DNA of 64,000 nt from Marsupella aquatica (Eukaryota; Plantae; Marchantiophyta), in contig OZ316895.1 in assembly GCA_973895155.1 (NCBI GenBank), forward strand, positions 21,774,558 through 21,838,557, read 5' to 3'. A model generated the notes under the pieces. It ran no database searches. It saw only the letters and a list, made by a program, of their open reading frames with translations, and had not been told where the DNA came from. Both the position numbers and the translations under genes were made by a program. This document shows, one piece after another, positions 51,257-63,489 of the stretch. Each line of letters begins with the position of its first letter. Within the stretch, counting starts at the first letter, position 1.

Positions 51257-52006
51257 TTGTGTGATCATTGGAGGGTGCGTTTCCATCAAGCTCTTGGTAA
51301 CACTGGCACGAGCCCGTGCATTGATAGAACGGCTTCTCTACTCCGAGCTTCAATAATCAATTGTTTCAATATTTGACAGGTAAATATTCCTTCCACATTC
51401 ATTCAATTCAATACTAACTTGACCCTTTTTTGATAACATGATTGGATCTTCTTAGCACTTGGAATCTTTTTGAAGAGGGTTATATTGCTTACTCCACTCT
51501 CTTTATATTCCATCATTCTAGATGTATTCAATCTATTGTAGTTGATTTCCTCCTATGAAGGTTCTTTTGGCTTCTTCTTTTGGGTGTTTTTGCAGTTGTA
51601 GTTTGGGTTGCTTGGTTGGTTCCACACTCCAAGCAAATGGAGCACTTCTAGATATTCAAGCAGATGTGTAGTCTACAATGGACTATTTCATGGTGGCTGT
51701 CATATGACATTATTGTTTTATGTCATGTTGACATCTACAAGCCATCTAACATACCTTATGTTCAGATTTCCACCATTTGAATAAAATTTAGGGTTTTCCC
51801 CCACTTGAACCATTTTACCATCAAGTTTTGAGTCTTGGTGGAAAAATTTCTCAAGTGAGGTTTCCCTTTGCCTTTTGATACACTATTCTTATTATTTTCT
51901 CAAATCTATTTTGTCTCAAGCACTTTTTGGTCCTCATCGCTATTGACGTTCAAAGAGCGGGTAGTCGGAGCTAGTTTGTGTTAAGGGCAAGCAGACTATC
52001 AACAGT

Positions 52007-52530
52007 CTACCACTGCTTAAGTACAGCCTGGAGTTGGTGAAGAGCACTACTCAATTGTCTTTGCTTCTTCTCTGATTGGCAGACGTCAATCATAGCCCTA
52101 AGATGTGTTTCAGTTTGACGCAGGACAACCCACCCTCGGAGTTGACCCAGAAACTGAGAGTATGTAGCATCATTTAGTTCTTTCCAAATGCTTGAGCACA
52201 TCTCCATAATCAAAACCATGGGGTCAGATTTCCTTTTGTGCATCTGCACAGCAGTAATGACAGCTTTGTGCAAAGATATCCCTGTGGAGTATTCCATGCC
52301 TTAGCTTGATGAATGCAAAAGACTCTAAAAAGTCCCTTAGTAAATTCAACCATACATTTACCCCCAAAACTCCTACAGCAATCATATTTGGACATGTGGA
52401 CCAATCCGGTGGTGACACATGGCGAGCCTATATTACAAACCCTTGTACACTATGACTTGGCACACATTTTTAAGAACCTCTACATTCATTATAACCCAGC
52501 ACTTCATTAAACAGAGCCTTCTTAGAATTT
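52007..52530 (-). mobile_element. Decayed L1/Tx1-like LINE ORF2 C-terminal fragment
   Basis: SSIWKELND resembles the IWKERN motif that follows the zf-RVT region; Cys/His/Trp-rich broken frames lie upstream. Confidence 0.4.
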
Positions 52531-53215
52531 ATTAAGAAATGATAATTATTACCTGCAAATGAGGTTTAAGAACCCCTTGAGTTGTTTGCAAGGGGATCAT
52601 GATGTATTAGTTAAGCTAAGGGCCCAGGGGATTTGAGACCCCCTCTTGTCCCCAAGAACCCAAATGCATAAGGTAGCTTCTGATATATATTCTTCCCATT
52701 TGGGGGTTTTGTTACCCTTCCCTATTTCTCTTTATTGGGTTGCTTTGCATTTGTGACTTGCCCCCCCATTTGGCATTTTTGTTACCCTTTTTCCCTTTAT
52801 TGGGTTGCTTTGCCTTTAGGACTTGTCCCCCCATTTGGCATATTTGTTATTTGCACCTTTATATATATAGAGGACAGACGTTTGAAAGTTTTGATGTCAT
52901 GACCAAAAGTGTCTTGGAGAGACTTGTCCACCTAAGTGACCGCCAATAGATATTCTCCCTGCTGACTGGACTGGGAGCTGGGCTATATATGGCATTGGCA
53001 ACAGGCTAGGAATGGGAGAATCTGCAATGATGAAGATAGATATGATTATATGTCTTATCTGAAGTCTGTGGCCCTGGAACGAGTGCAGGATAAGAGTAGA
53101 CTATCTCCAACCATGTTGCTTATTGTATACATTAAATATAGCTGAAAAGGTTGTAGGTTTTTAGGTTGCTATATATAGCAAAGATGATATGTTAAAGAGC
53201 AAGCCCGGGGGTTAT

Positions 53216-53720
53216 TGGGCTTTTTAGTATCTCCTGACATATGCACCCTTGGATGCTAATCATTGGATCTTGTAGTATTCACTCAATGCGCTAGACAAGA
53301 GCTCACACACTCATCCAATGACCATGGTTATTGGATTTTTTAGTATCTCCTGACATATGCACCCTTGGATGCTAATCATTGGATCTTGTAGTATTCACTC
53401 AATGCACTAGACAAGAGCTCATACACACATCCAATAACAAAAAAACCCAGTAAGGTCAGAAATGGATAGAGTTAGAATAACCCATTATTGGGGTTGCCTT
53501 TTTTGTTGAATCTTCCTGGGTTTGGTCAATATAACGTTAGAGTAAACCAACCCAGTAACCTGTGAAGATGCTCTAAGAACCCTACATCTACAAGCGTACA
53601 CCAACCCACTAACAGTAGTAATAGACCTGTGGAGATGCTCTAAGAACACTGCATCTACAAGAGTAGACCAACCCACTAACACTAGTAATAGGTGGAAATG
53701 CTCTCAGAACACTTCATCTA
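53216..53720. repeat. ~117-bp duplication followed by a ~62-bp unit three times
   Basis: TTTTAGTATCTCCTGACATATGCACCC…CTAGACAAGAGCTCA twice; AACCCACTAACA…GATGCTCTAAGAACAC…CATCTACAAG three times. Confidence 0.8.
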
Positions 53721-54008
53721 CAGACGGTGGTGCATGAATCCCGCAAATGCCTAATGGGCTGAGCGAGCAGATAAACCCATGTGAGGAGGCATCACCAGTT
53801 ACTTGGGCTTTTGCTCCAAAATCCAAATCCATAAGTGAGCAATTTCCTAACAAGTCGGAACGCTTACTGTGCTACACCAATTTCCAGGTCAATCTTGAAT
53901 GAGACTCGGGCGTGCGATATTGTGACGCACCTCCCGGTTCCCCACTGCCGAACTCCTCAGTCCCACTTTCCCGACCAGAGAGGAGACACTGGTGAACCCA
54001 ATTAGAAG

Positions 54009-54386
54009 AATTATTTTACTCGGGCATCAGGCTGTAATTGGTCGTGGTTCAAGCAGAAATACAGGCTGCTCTGCTTTCGATCTCTGGCCATGTAGCGTTG
54101 GTCCCTGTACATACAGTATCCCCCAACCTACGATGGTAAGTCCTTTCATTTCAAAGGTTGATCGCTTGATTAACTGAATTGTAAAATTAAGGCAAGGAGA
54201 TGGTGAAAAGCTACAGATGTCTCTTGTACGTTCAACTTTCAATCAGATAATTTCGCAATCTCGAGTTGTAGACATTATGATCGAGAAATTAATTTTGATT
54301 TTGACATTATTGAATCAATTCTCGAGCAGCCTGTATTTCTGCTTGAACCACGACCAATTACAGCCTGATGCCCGAGTAAAATAATT
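54009..54386. repeat. Perfect 63-bp inverted repeat around a 252-bp spacer
   Basis: 54009-54071 AATTATTTTACTCGGGCATCAGG…ACAGGCTGCTC is the exact reverse complement of 54324-54386. Confidence 0.9.
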
Positions 54387-55212
54387 ACCTTGATTTTGAC
54401 ATTATTTCTCTATCGATAATTTCGCAATCTCGAGTTGTAGACATAAGTTGTGAAAAGATTAAGGGAGACAAGTCCTGGAAGTGCATTCAATAATGTCAAA
54501 ATCCAAATTTTCCATGCACGGCTGTAGACACAAAAATCGCTGATTTTGATCGAGAATATTCATTAATGTCAAAATCAAAAACTTCCGTCTGTTCAAGAAA
54601 CTCTTAGGATGATTGGGTGACGGAGAGTTTTAAAACTTCATGGTTTCGTCATGGAATCTGAAAATGTTTGACGCATTGGAATGCTCTTTCCTAAAAAGTC
54701 CTAACCGTTCCTTACACTAAGCTTGCATTGAGATAAATTCCAAATCGTTTCCTCTCCACGAAATAGCTAAATTTTCACTTAACAACAGAGAGATTCAAAA
54801 TTCGATGTTAGACTGGTTGGAACATCTGTCGAAGGCTCCTAGCTGTTCTATGCACGAAACTGTTCACTGTGAGGTGTTGAGCTTCGCCGTTCATCCTTGT
54901 TCTATACTCTTCTTACTGCCACTGTGTCCGCTTGCTCTCTGTATAGGTGTTATCTAAGCAGGCACTGTATATTTGTGTTTACCGTTAGATTTAGGGTTAA
55001 TCCTGCTTACGGTCAGATTAGCATTCTCTTATTCTGGTGCGGAGCATTTCCTCGCCGTCCTATTCTTAAGGTCCTTCCCACTGTTCATTTGAATATCTTG
55101 CTAATTTTACTACGAAAACTGTTGGCGACGAGTTTCTTCATGGTATCAGAGCAATTGCTGCCAGGACACGATCGTGGTGAGAATTTCCCATCGGTCCTCG
55201 TGTGCTGAGCAG

Positions 55213-58200
55213 ATGGCTGGCGGCCCACAGCGATCATCGCAGAGCAGCGGCTCCCAAGCTGTTTCTCCAGGTAGCAGTACCCAGCAAGCATCGCCAAGTA
55301 CTGGACCTCCTGCAACGCAGAATGTCCACTACGAGTTTGATAAAGGCCTCGTCTATGCAGACAAGGACAAGCTCGACGGCAGCAAAAATTTCATTGGATG
55401 GTCATTCAAGGTGGAGCGACAGTTCCGCAAAGATAAGGTATGGTTCGAGCTGGTCAGTCCCGACCCAACGAAGCCAATGCAGCTCACGCCTGAGCAAATC
55501 GAAGAGAAGAAGGAAAGAGCAATATACATTTTTTCGCAGACGGTCAAGGATCACATCTTCCCCATCGTGAAGAAGTACATCGACGATCCTGCCAAAATAT
55601 GGCAGCAACTGAAATCACGTTTTGAATCTGCAGCTATGGGTAAGCAGCTCATCCTCAGGGAGAAACTGTCAAGGATGCACATGTCTGAAGGGAGCAGCGT
55701 TGAGGAGTACATCCGTGAGATTGACAACTTGGTAATGCAGCTTGGTGACATCAATTTCATCATCGAGGATAAGGAACTCATTCGCACTACTCTGAAAGGA
55801 TTACCTGATAGCTGGAAACCATTTATCATGTCATTTGGCACCTTGCTGCACCAATTCCCGATGCTGTCATTCTCTGACCTCATTGGTCACCTTGAGGCCA
55901 AAGAAATGCAGCGGGCCTTACAGAACAACGACACCGAAGAAGCACTTGTGACTAGCCACAACACCCATCGAGGTGGCTCATCCCATGGACGAGGCAGAGG
56001 CAAAAACAACTATCGTGGACGGGGATGAAGCGCACCTTCTTCAGCCCCCAGGAAGAACGAAACCTGCAACTTCTGTGGTCATGCTGGCCATTGGGAAGGA
56101 GAATGCCTCAAGAAGATAGAGAGCCAGATCAAGGGCCTACAAATCAAGCATGCGGACATCAAGAAGGGCATGCACCATGCAAATGTAGCAAAGACAGTGG
56201 AACCTGAAGAATGTGAGTCTGACAGCGATCCTGACAAAAGTATCTTAGAAGTTAATCTCACAGAATTCAGAGCTAGTCACGATTGGCTAGTTGACTTAGG
56301 AGCTAGTACTCATGTAACTGGGAACAAGAGTACCCTTAGTCACGTTGTTACACACGCATCTGTCTCCAATGTAACAACTGCCTCTGGTGCACGCATTCCA
56401 GTGGCTGGAAGAGGCAGCACGAAGTTCAATGGAAATAAAGTGGTCAAAAAGATTTTGTACGTGCCTGGTATGACTCGAAACCTCTTGTCAGTGGGTCAGT
56501 TAGCTGATGAAGGCCATAATGTATTGTTTAATTCTCATCACTGCTACGTGTTGGATAAAGAAGATCCTAATAAGATCTTTCTGAGGGCAACTAGGGATAG
56601 TCATAACAGTCTATACCGCCTTGACTCGTCCATTCAGGGCAATGCCAGGCTGTGCTCTGAAATATATCTTTCATTAGGTGACAGCAACGACAAGCATGTT
56701 GGCAGTCCTCCATCCAACCCACATACGAGCAATACTGAAGGTGAGACACAAAGCAACGTGTCATCACTTGAGCTATGGCACCGAAGGCTCAGTCACATCA
56801 ATGTTCACAGAGTTCACAATATGTCTTCGAACGAGTTGGCTGAAGGCATGCCCAAGATAGCTCTGGAGGATCATGTGTGTGACACATGCATCATGGGGAA
56901 ACAACATCGAGAGCGCATCCCCAAGAAATCTGCCAACAGGTCAACCAAACCACTGCAACTAATTCATACGGATCTATGTGGCCCCTTTGTTGTTTCATCT
57001 CTCTCTAAAGCAAAATACTTACTTACGTTCACAGATGATTTCTCGCGATACACTTGGGTGTATCTCTTGAAAGCTAAAAGTGAAACCTTCTCAAAGTTCA
57101 AAGAGTTTAAAGCTATGGTCGAAAATGAATTCGACAGCAAAATACGGTGTGTCCGATCTGACCGAGGAGGTGAATACTTGTCAAACGAATTCTGTCAATT
57201 CTGTGACAGACAGGGGATCAAAAGACAACTCACAGCGGCTCGAACACCTCAACAAAATGGAGTAGCAGAAAGGAAGAACCGGACCCTGCTGGAAGCAGCA
57301 CGCAGCGCCCACATTGCAAGCGGAGCTCCCACATTCCTATGGGATGAGCTCATTCAATCTGCCGCATATGTGCTCAACAGGTGTGACACTGCATCTCTGA
57401 TCCACTCCACGCCCTTTCAGCAACTATACAATGCCAAGCCTGACTTGTCTAGACTCCGTATTATTGGGTGTTTGGCATACGTTCATGTCCCTAGCAAACT
57501 AAGACACAAGCTGGCAGCCAAGTCCATTCGTACTGCTTTAGTAGGATACGATGAGAGATCAAAAGCATACAGGTGTTATGATCCCATCAAAAGGAAAATC
57601 TATATCAGTCGAGATGTTGTGTTTAATGAGTTGAAGATGTTTGACTTTAACATCAAAACATCTCAAGCCAATACAGAATCACCACTGATTCTACCAGGTC
57701 AGTTCACATCTATCTCCCCTGTAATACAGGAACAAAACTCCCACTCTGCATCTGAACCCGTCTCTTCTGACTCCATGCCCATTAATCTTGACAATAGTGC
57801 TGACCCTAACCTTGAAGCAATTGGTCCGGTTAACTCCTCTCCTGAGGTCGCACCCACATCAACATTGCCATCTCCAATCCGCAGGCAATCATCTCGTGCA
57901 AGGGAGCTCCCAGTTCGCCTGCGTCAAGACTACGTGTTGGATTTTCGACCCAGCAACCCTGATGTCTGCCTCGTCGAGACTACCGACTATGTGGATGAAA
58001 ACATCACATTCCAGCAAGCAAGGTTGGATCCTCAATGGAATGCAGCTATGAAAGAGGAATTTGAATCTTTGATTGAAAATGAGACATGGATTCTCACTGC
58101 ACTCCCACCAGGAAAGTAGGCTATTTCTTCCAGATGGCTGTACAGGGCTAAACCTGAAGTAAACCCCACTCGCACCCGGTTGAAAGCTCGACTGGTGGCT

Positions 58201-59485
58201 CGTGGTATTGAGCAGCGCGCTGGAGTTGATTTTGAGGACACCTTTGCACCGGTGGTCAAGTGGTCTACGATTCGACTCGTTATTGCACTAGCTGCAGCTC
58301 TTGGCTGGTCTATCAGCCAAATGGACGTCATCACTGCATTCTTGAATGGCAAACTCAAGGAGCTAATCTACATGGTGCAACCGCCAGGCTTTGAGGTCCC
58401 AGGATCCGAACATCTTGTACGTGCCAGCTAAATCGATCCATCTATGGCTTAAAGCAATCCCCGCGTGCATGGTATGAGGAAGTCGATCGCTTCCTTTGCT
58501 CCAAAGGCTGGACCCGGAGCACTGCAGACCATAATTTGTATTTCATCAACGAAGGGGGGAAAATTGTCCTTCTGCTTCTTTTCGTTGCTTCTCATCATCG
58601 TTGATGACTTACTTATTGCCGACTTACTCATCGTTGATGAAATACAAATTATGGTCTGCAGCATCATCTGATACACTGTCACCCGATGTGGATATCACTC
58701 ACTACTGCAAGTTAGTAGGCAAATTAATCTACCTTACCAATACCAGACCAGATCTGGCGTATGCTGTGGGGATTCTCAGCAGATTTATGTCATCCCCACA
58801 ACAAAAACACATGGATGCTGCAAGGCATGTTCTCAGATACATTAAATCCACCATCGACTTGGGATTACTCTTCCAGAGAACTGGAACATTGTCTCTCTCA
58901 GGCTACACTAACTCAGACCATGCTGCATGTAAAGACACTCGAAGGTCTATTGGGGCATATGTGTTCCAATTTGCTAGGGGCACTGTTACTTGGTCAAGCA
59001 AACGACAAGCAACAGTCTCTCAGAGCACCACCGAAGCTGAATACAGAGCCCTATCAGAAGGAGCTCGAGAAGCTGTCTTCCTTCGGCGCCTGCTCACAGA
59101 GCTGAGTTTCATCCCAGAAATTCAAGTGGCACTGAATTGCCATAATCGGGAGGTAATGTCAAATCTATCGGTGGCTAGTCAACCCACCTTGCAAGATGCT
59201 CATTTGAACCTACACTGCGACAATCAAGGTTCAATTAATTTGGCGAAGAACCCCATTTTCCATGCTAGGACCAAGCATATCGAACTCCAACACCACTACA
59301 TCAGGGAAAGAGTCTTGGAAGGAGAAGTGACACTCAATTATATTCCTACTGCAGAGCAACCTGCAGACATCCTTACAAAATCCCTTCCAAGATGGAAGTT
59401 CGAGAAACATCGTGAATTTCTTGGCATGAAGTCCCTGCGAGACATTCTACCTACCCTGGGTAATGCAGCTACTCAGGATGCGTAG
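55213..59485 (+). pseudogene. Copia gag-pol (Gag, zinc knuckle, protease, integrase, RT, RNase H) with nonsense codons and an RT deletion
   Basis: CNFCGHAGHWEGEC; WLVDLGASTHV; WHRRLSH…CDTC; IHTDLCGP, RSDRGGEY, QQNGVAERKNR; [19 protein letters not shown]; TEAEYRAL, HARTKHIE, ADILTKSL; stops at 56026 and 58117; frameshift/deletion at ~58420-58660. Confidence 0.95.
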
Positions 59486-60047
59486 CATCACGGTACACCT
59501 CTAAGCAGTATTCACATCTGTACAGCAGACTACCTAATCTGTCTCGTCCCATGCTCCAGAATCGATGCCCATGGACTGCATGATCCCCTGCTTGCTGCAA
59601 CTTATCCTGCAAGTACTGCTCCGCCTCAATCTTTGATTTAAAGGATTTGTACACCTGACCCTTGTACCCCTTTTCCTGCGGCTCGCATTCCTCCCAGGAA
59701 CCATACAACCCCGGTACATACCCTCGCACCACGGCATAGTACTTCCGCTTTGTGGTGTGGTCACTAAAGTAGCGTGATGCTGGCACGACAGGCTGTACCA
59801 TTGGCTGGGCACTCTGGGCATCGGTAGTTGGGGCAACTTTCACTATTACCTGGCCTCTCTGCTCATCTTCTCGTGGCACATTCTCGCTCTCTCCCCGGCA
59901 ACTCTCTGCTTCGCTCGCAATCGAATTCAACTTCCATTCCACGTACTGGAATTGTGTCTCGATCACGTCTCCTAGCAATCTGAGCACCAACCGGATCATA
60001 CCCAACATCACCCAGAGCACCTGCAAGCCCACTCTGCTTGGGTCCAT
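59469..60047 (-). CDS. Antisense extra ORF in the copia element: hydrophobic N-terminal helix + RNase H1 hybrid-binding / Caulimovirus viroplasmin (Cauli_VI) domain
   Basis: Uninterrupted 192-aa ORF between pol and the 3' LTR; KYYAVVRGYVPGLYGSWEECEPQEKGYKGQVYKSFKSKIEAEQYL matches the HBD pattern YYAV..G..PG.Y..W.EC..QV.G…..YK.F….EA..Y. Confidence 0.8.
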   Translation of the reverse strand: MDPSRVGLQVLWVMLGMIRLVLRLLGDVIETQFQYVEWKLNSIASEAESCRGESENVPREDEQRGQVIVKVAPTTDAQSAQPMVQPVVPASRYFSDHTTKRKYYAVVRGYVPGLYGSWEECEPQEKGYKGQVYKSFKSKIEAEQYLQDKLQQAGDHAVHGHRFWSMGRDRLGSLLYRCEYCLEVYRDATHPE

Positions 60048-61853
60048 TCTCCCTACTTCGTGTCATGCGTCTGATGGATTACCGGACGGGAGGGGGTGTT
60101 GAGCTTTGCCGTTCATCCTTGTTCTATACTCTTCTTACTGCCACTGTGTCCGCTTGCTCTCTGTATAGGTGTTATCTAAGCAGGCACTGTATATTTGTGT
60201 TTACCGTTAGATTTAGGGTTAATCCTGCTTACGGTCAGATTAGCATTCTCTTATTCTGGTGCGGAGCATTTCCTCGCCGTCCTATTCTTAAGGTCCTTCC
60301 CACTGTTCATTTGAATATCTTGCTAATTTTACTACGAAAACTGTTGGCGACGAGTTTCTTCATGAGGTGAACTGCGGATCCTTCTTTTCCAAGAATGCCT
60401 GATTTCAGTAAAAATTTGTGAAAATTTTATGATAATGGATTCAGATCTTGAACTGTGGATTCTTGTCGAAGAATTCCCTAACAAGGAGAAAAATCACGAA
60501 GGGTATCAAGTTTTACAGACTCTGGCTGAATTTGCGGCGCAATAGATTCCCGCAACTATTTAGGATCCAATACATTGAACTTACAATAGGCCTCTTCTGT
60601 TCATTGTTAGATCTGCCAATACGTGAGATTCGTATCGGCTGGTCGGCTGGTCCGGGATAGAATTCTATCCAGTTGCCTGGTCTAGTCAAAGTTTACTGTG
60701 CCAAAACATCGCTTTCAGAAAAAAAGATTGTCAGCAGATTTTCTTAGAAAGTATCAACAAAGGAAGACAAGAAAATCGCGAAAAGCATCCCGAGAGGACC
60801 AACAAACCCATGTATTTAAAACCCGATATAAAGTTCCACCTACGCCAATGTAAACCAATCCAGGTCACCTCTGGAATCAAATCTTGCACGGGCCAATTTG
60901 CTGATCGACATTGAGGTGAGGGAATATATAGTCATGTTTGATAGTTAATTTGCACTCGGGTTTGCAAAGATAATTATGAGAACCTTCGTCATTCCCAACG
61001 TCGCACAGTAATACTTCGGTATTGTACTCGCCGGAGGATGAAACAACTCTCACGATTATCATGTGCACATGGAGAGTTCTGGCATTAAAAATTCACAAAA
61101 GCAAAACGAATTGTAAACATGTGAAGTGGCTCGAATCAGCTTGAGACAGACTATGCACGTTTTCAGTTTCTTCCGCCGCGTTGGATCCCTTTTCAATTGT
61201 ATGAAATGGGGTCACCTTTCCTTGTTCCACGACCACAGCAATTCACTCTCTACTTTGTTATACGGAACGGTAGACTAATGAATTGTACAATCACTTCAAC
61301 TCAATAATGATTCGGGGAAGGTGTTATCTGACTCGATATTTGACGAGTAATTTTTTAGTGCAAAGTTCCGTATAACTCCGCCAAATGACGTTCATTGGAT
61401 GTTGGATTGAATGAAAAGTAGGTCTCGATACCAAATCAAGAACGGGCTCGCGAAGAGTCCGAGTCGGGCAGCTTGGATTACTATGACAGGCAAGAGAGGA
61501 TTTTGACTCGAGCCACTTTCAGCTTGTCAGCGAGGCCAGAAACGTTGAATAATTATGTGGAAGGTTTGGTTACCTTCTCACATTCCTGATCTTTGAAAGA
61601 CATTCACAATAAAACAAATATACACATACTTTTTACAGAAAAAGGTCAAATAGAGTACAAAAGAATAAACAAGAGAGGTCCCAAGTGGACAAAACCAAAC
61701 GCAAAAGAAGTGAGCAAAAGGAAACCCTAAAAACCAAGAAAGAGGAACTAAAAGAAGTGAGCAAAAGGAAACCCCTAAAAACCAAGAAAGAGGAACGAAA
61801 ACTACTGCAAATGGACCGAGGTCCTCATCATACCTAGCAAATGTGGCAACAAG

Positions 61854-62756
61854 CTAGTGGTCTACATCAAGTGTCGAAACTAGATCGGCAAGTGGGACAG
61901 GAATGTCCTCTAGGGGGGCTAGCCGCTGCGGAGTCACACTAGCACCCACTGTCAGAGATCGACGATAGACGGCCCGAGCTTGAGCACGCTGTAAGGTGAC
62001 TGAAATGCGTTGGCGAAAGTGCGTGGTGAAAACAGATAGCGGGGGCCCGGTGGGACCCATCCGGCCGTGAACATCCCGAGCAGCTTGGCGAAGAAGCCCG
62101 TCGAACTGATGATGGAGACGCCCAAATATCTCAAGAGCAAGGGGCAGGAAGCTATCAGATGAAGCACGTGCAGCATATTTGGCCTCCTTCGTTGTTGCTG
62201 CTCGTGATGCTGCTGCCCCTGCCGTTGTTGCCGCTGTCCCAATGATGTCTTGGCGCAATGGGTTTGCCACCACTACATCTGCCAAAGTACGGTGACCGTC
62301 ACGGACCATGGTAAGATCCACCCGTAACCGCTGTGATGGAGGACCAGGTAACTCGAGCACCACCTCCCGCCGCGCGCAGACCAAAGCGCCAGAGAGAACC
62401 TGAGCAGTCGCATCTCTCACAGCGTCGTGAACAAAAATGGTTTCGCCGCCCAAACTGCATCGAAGAAGATGGACACCTGTGGCATCACAAGGCTTCCCAC
62501 AAGTGCAAGTAGGAGGCAAACCAGCAAGAAGTGGGTGGGGCAAGCCCATACGAAGACGCATGGCTGTCGCAAACTCCGCTGAAGACATCCGCAGGTGAGG
62601 AATGACTGGATTGGCCTGAAGCCAGCCTCCTGCGCCCTTCCCTCCGGAAGAAAGAATCCGAGCTCGGTCCGTGTCAGGTGCCTCGGTGAGGATGCTGGAA
62701 AGGGTGAAAGCGTGCATACGCCCAGCAAGGTCTGCCTGAAGACGGACGGGGTCCAA
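61854..62756 (-). mobile_element. 5'-truncated RLE-type (CRE/R2-like) non-LTR retrotransposon: CCHC zinc finger + restriction-like endonuclease
   Basis: AGGWL.A.P…F..AMRLRMG; CTCG…HLLRC; HDAVRD; RVDL…LADVVVANP; KEAKY; FLPLALEIFGRL; RQRISVTLQRAQA. No RT domain is present. The 3' UTR contains a ~46-bp duplication (61705-61798). Confidence 0.85.
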
Positions 62757-63489
62757 GGATAAAAACTATAATACAAGGTTGCGCCTTTTTATGCAGTGGT
62801 CGTCATTCAAAAATACAGTGCCAAGAAAAGAAATAACCAATAAATAGAAGGGATAAAACCAAAAGAAATTAAATACAGTGTGAACCAAAAAGTACAGTAA
62901 ATCTTTTCACACAAACAGTAATCAATTGGTGTACACAAAAAACAAAAAATGTAACTAACCCCTTTTCACACAAAAAAGAATCTAATGGTGGGAACAAAAG
63001 ACAAAAATGTACCTAACCCAGTTGTATGCAAGAGTATCATAAGTGATATACCATATCCTCTAAAAATGGATATGGTATTATTTACAAACTCAAGAAAAAA
63101 TGGGAACAATCCTAGGTCTTAAGTAAAAATTTGTTTTTCTGTAAATGTAGGATCCATCCATATCTCTATTAATCTGGATTACCTCTGCCCAAGCTACCCA
63201 TAACCTACCTCAACCCAACCAAGATAAAAAATAAAAAATTGAATATTATTAAAAAATAATTATTCAAATTGAGACTTAAAGAATTGGATAAGAACTTTAA
63301 AGTTTGAAAAAACTTGAGTATTAATAATGTATATATGATATTAATTTCTCTAAAATTTTAAAATTTAAAATAATTTTTTCTATCACTTGGTTGTGCTTGG
63401 ACTCTATGTTGCCGTGACTATTATCTCAGCCTCCGATTTCTATGTGCAGTGCACGAGTTGTTGCACACCATCACAACAACTCTACCTTG

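Larger units (their letters stand above)
37000..51974 (+). mobile_element. Helitron; 3' end supported, 5' end not resolved (probably 35-37 kb)
   Basis: RepHel gene; imperfect hairpin CGCTATTGACGTTCAAAGAGCG (51938-51959), 11-nt spacer, then CTAG|T at 51971-51975. The shared palindrome or half-sites extend from 37043 to ~44790, linking the upstream genes to the element. Confidence 0.65.
54875..60362 (+). mobile_element. Full-length Ty1/copia LTR retrotransposon
   Basis: 266-bp LTRs TG…CA at 54875-55140 and 60097-60362 (one mismatch seen); TSD TGAGG on both sides; PBS TGGTATCAGAGC (tRNA-iMet) at 55141; PPT GGGAGGGGG at 60088-60096. Confidence 0.98.

Noticed and set aside
51305-51320. GCACG-AGCC-CGTGC hairpin as the Helitron 3' end
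   Set aside because: The stem is only 5 bp with no CTRR about 11 nt downstream; the 51938-51974 structure fits better.
52857-52945. TTTATATATATAGAGGACAG as the 5' end of a second Helitron
   Set aside because: It lacks the exact A|TC junction and I found no matching 3' end.
54897-55208. Duplicated ORFs at 54897 and 60038
   Set aside because: They are incidental frames through the two LTRs.
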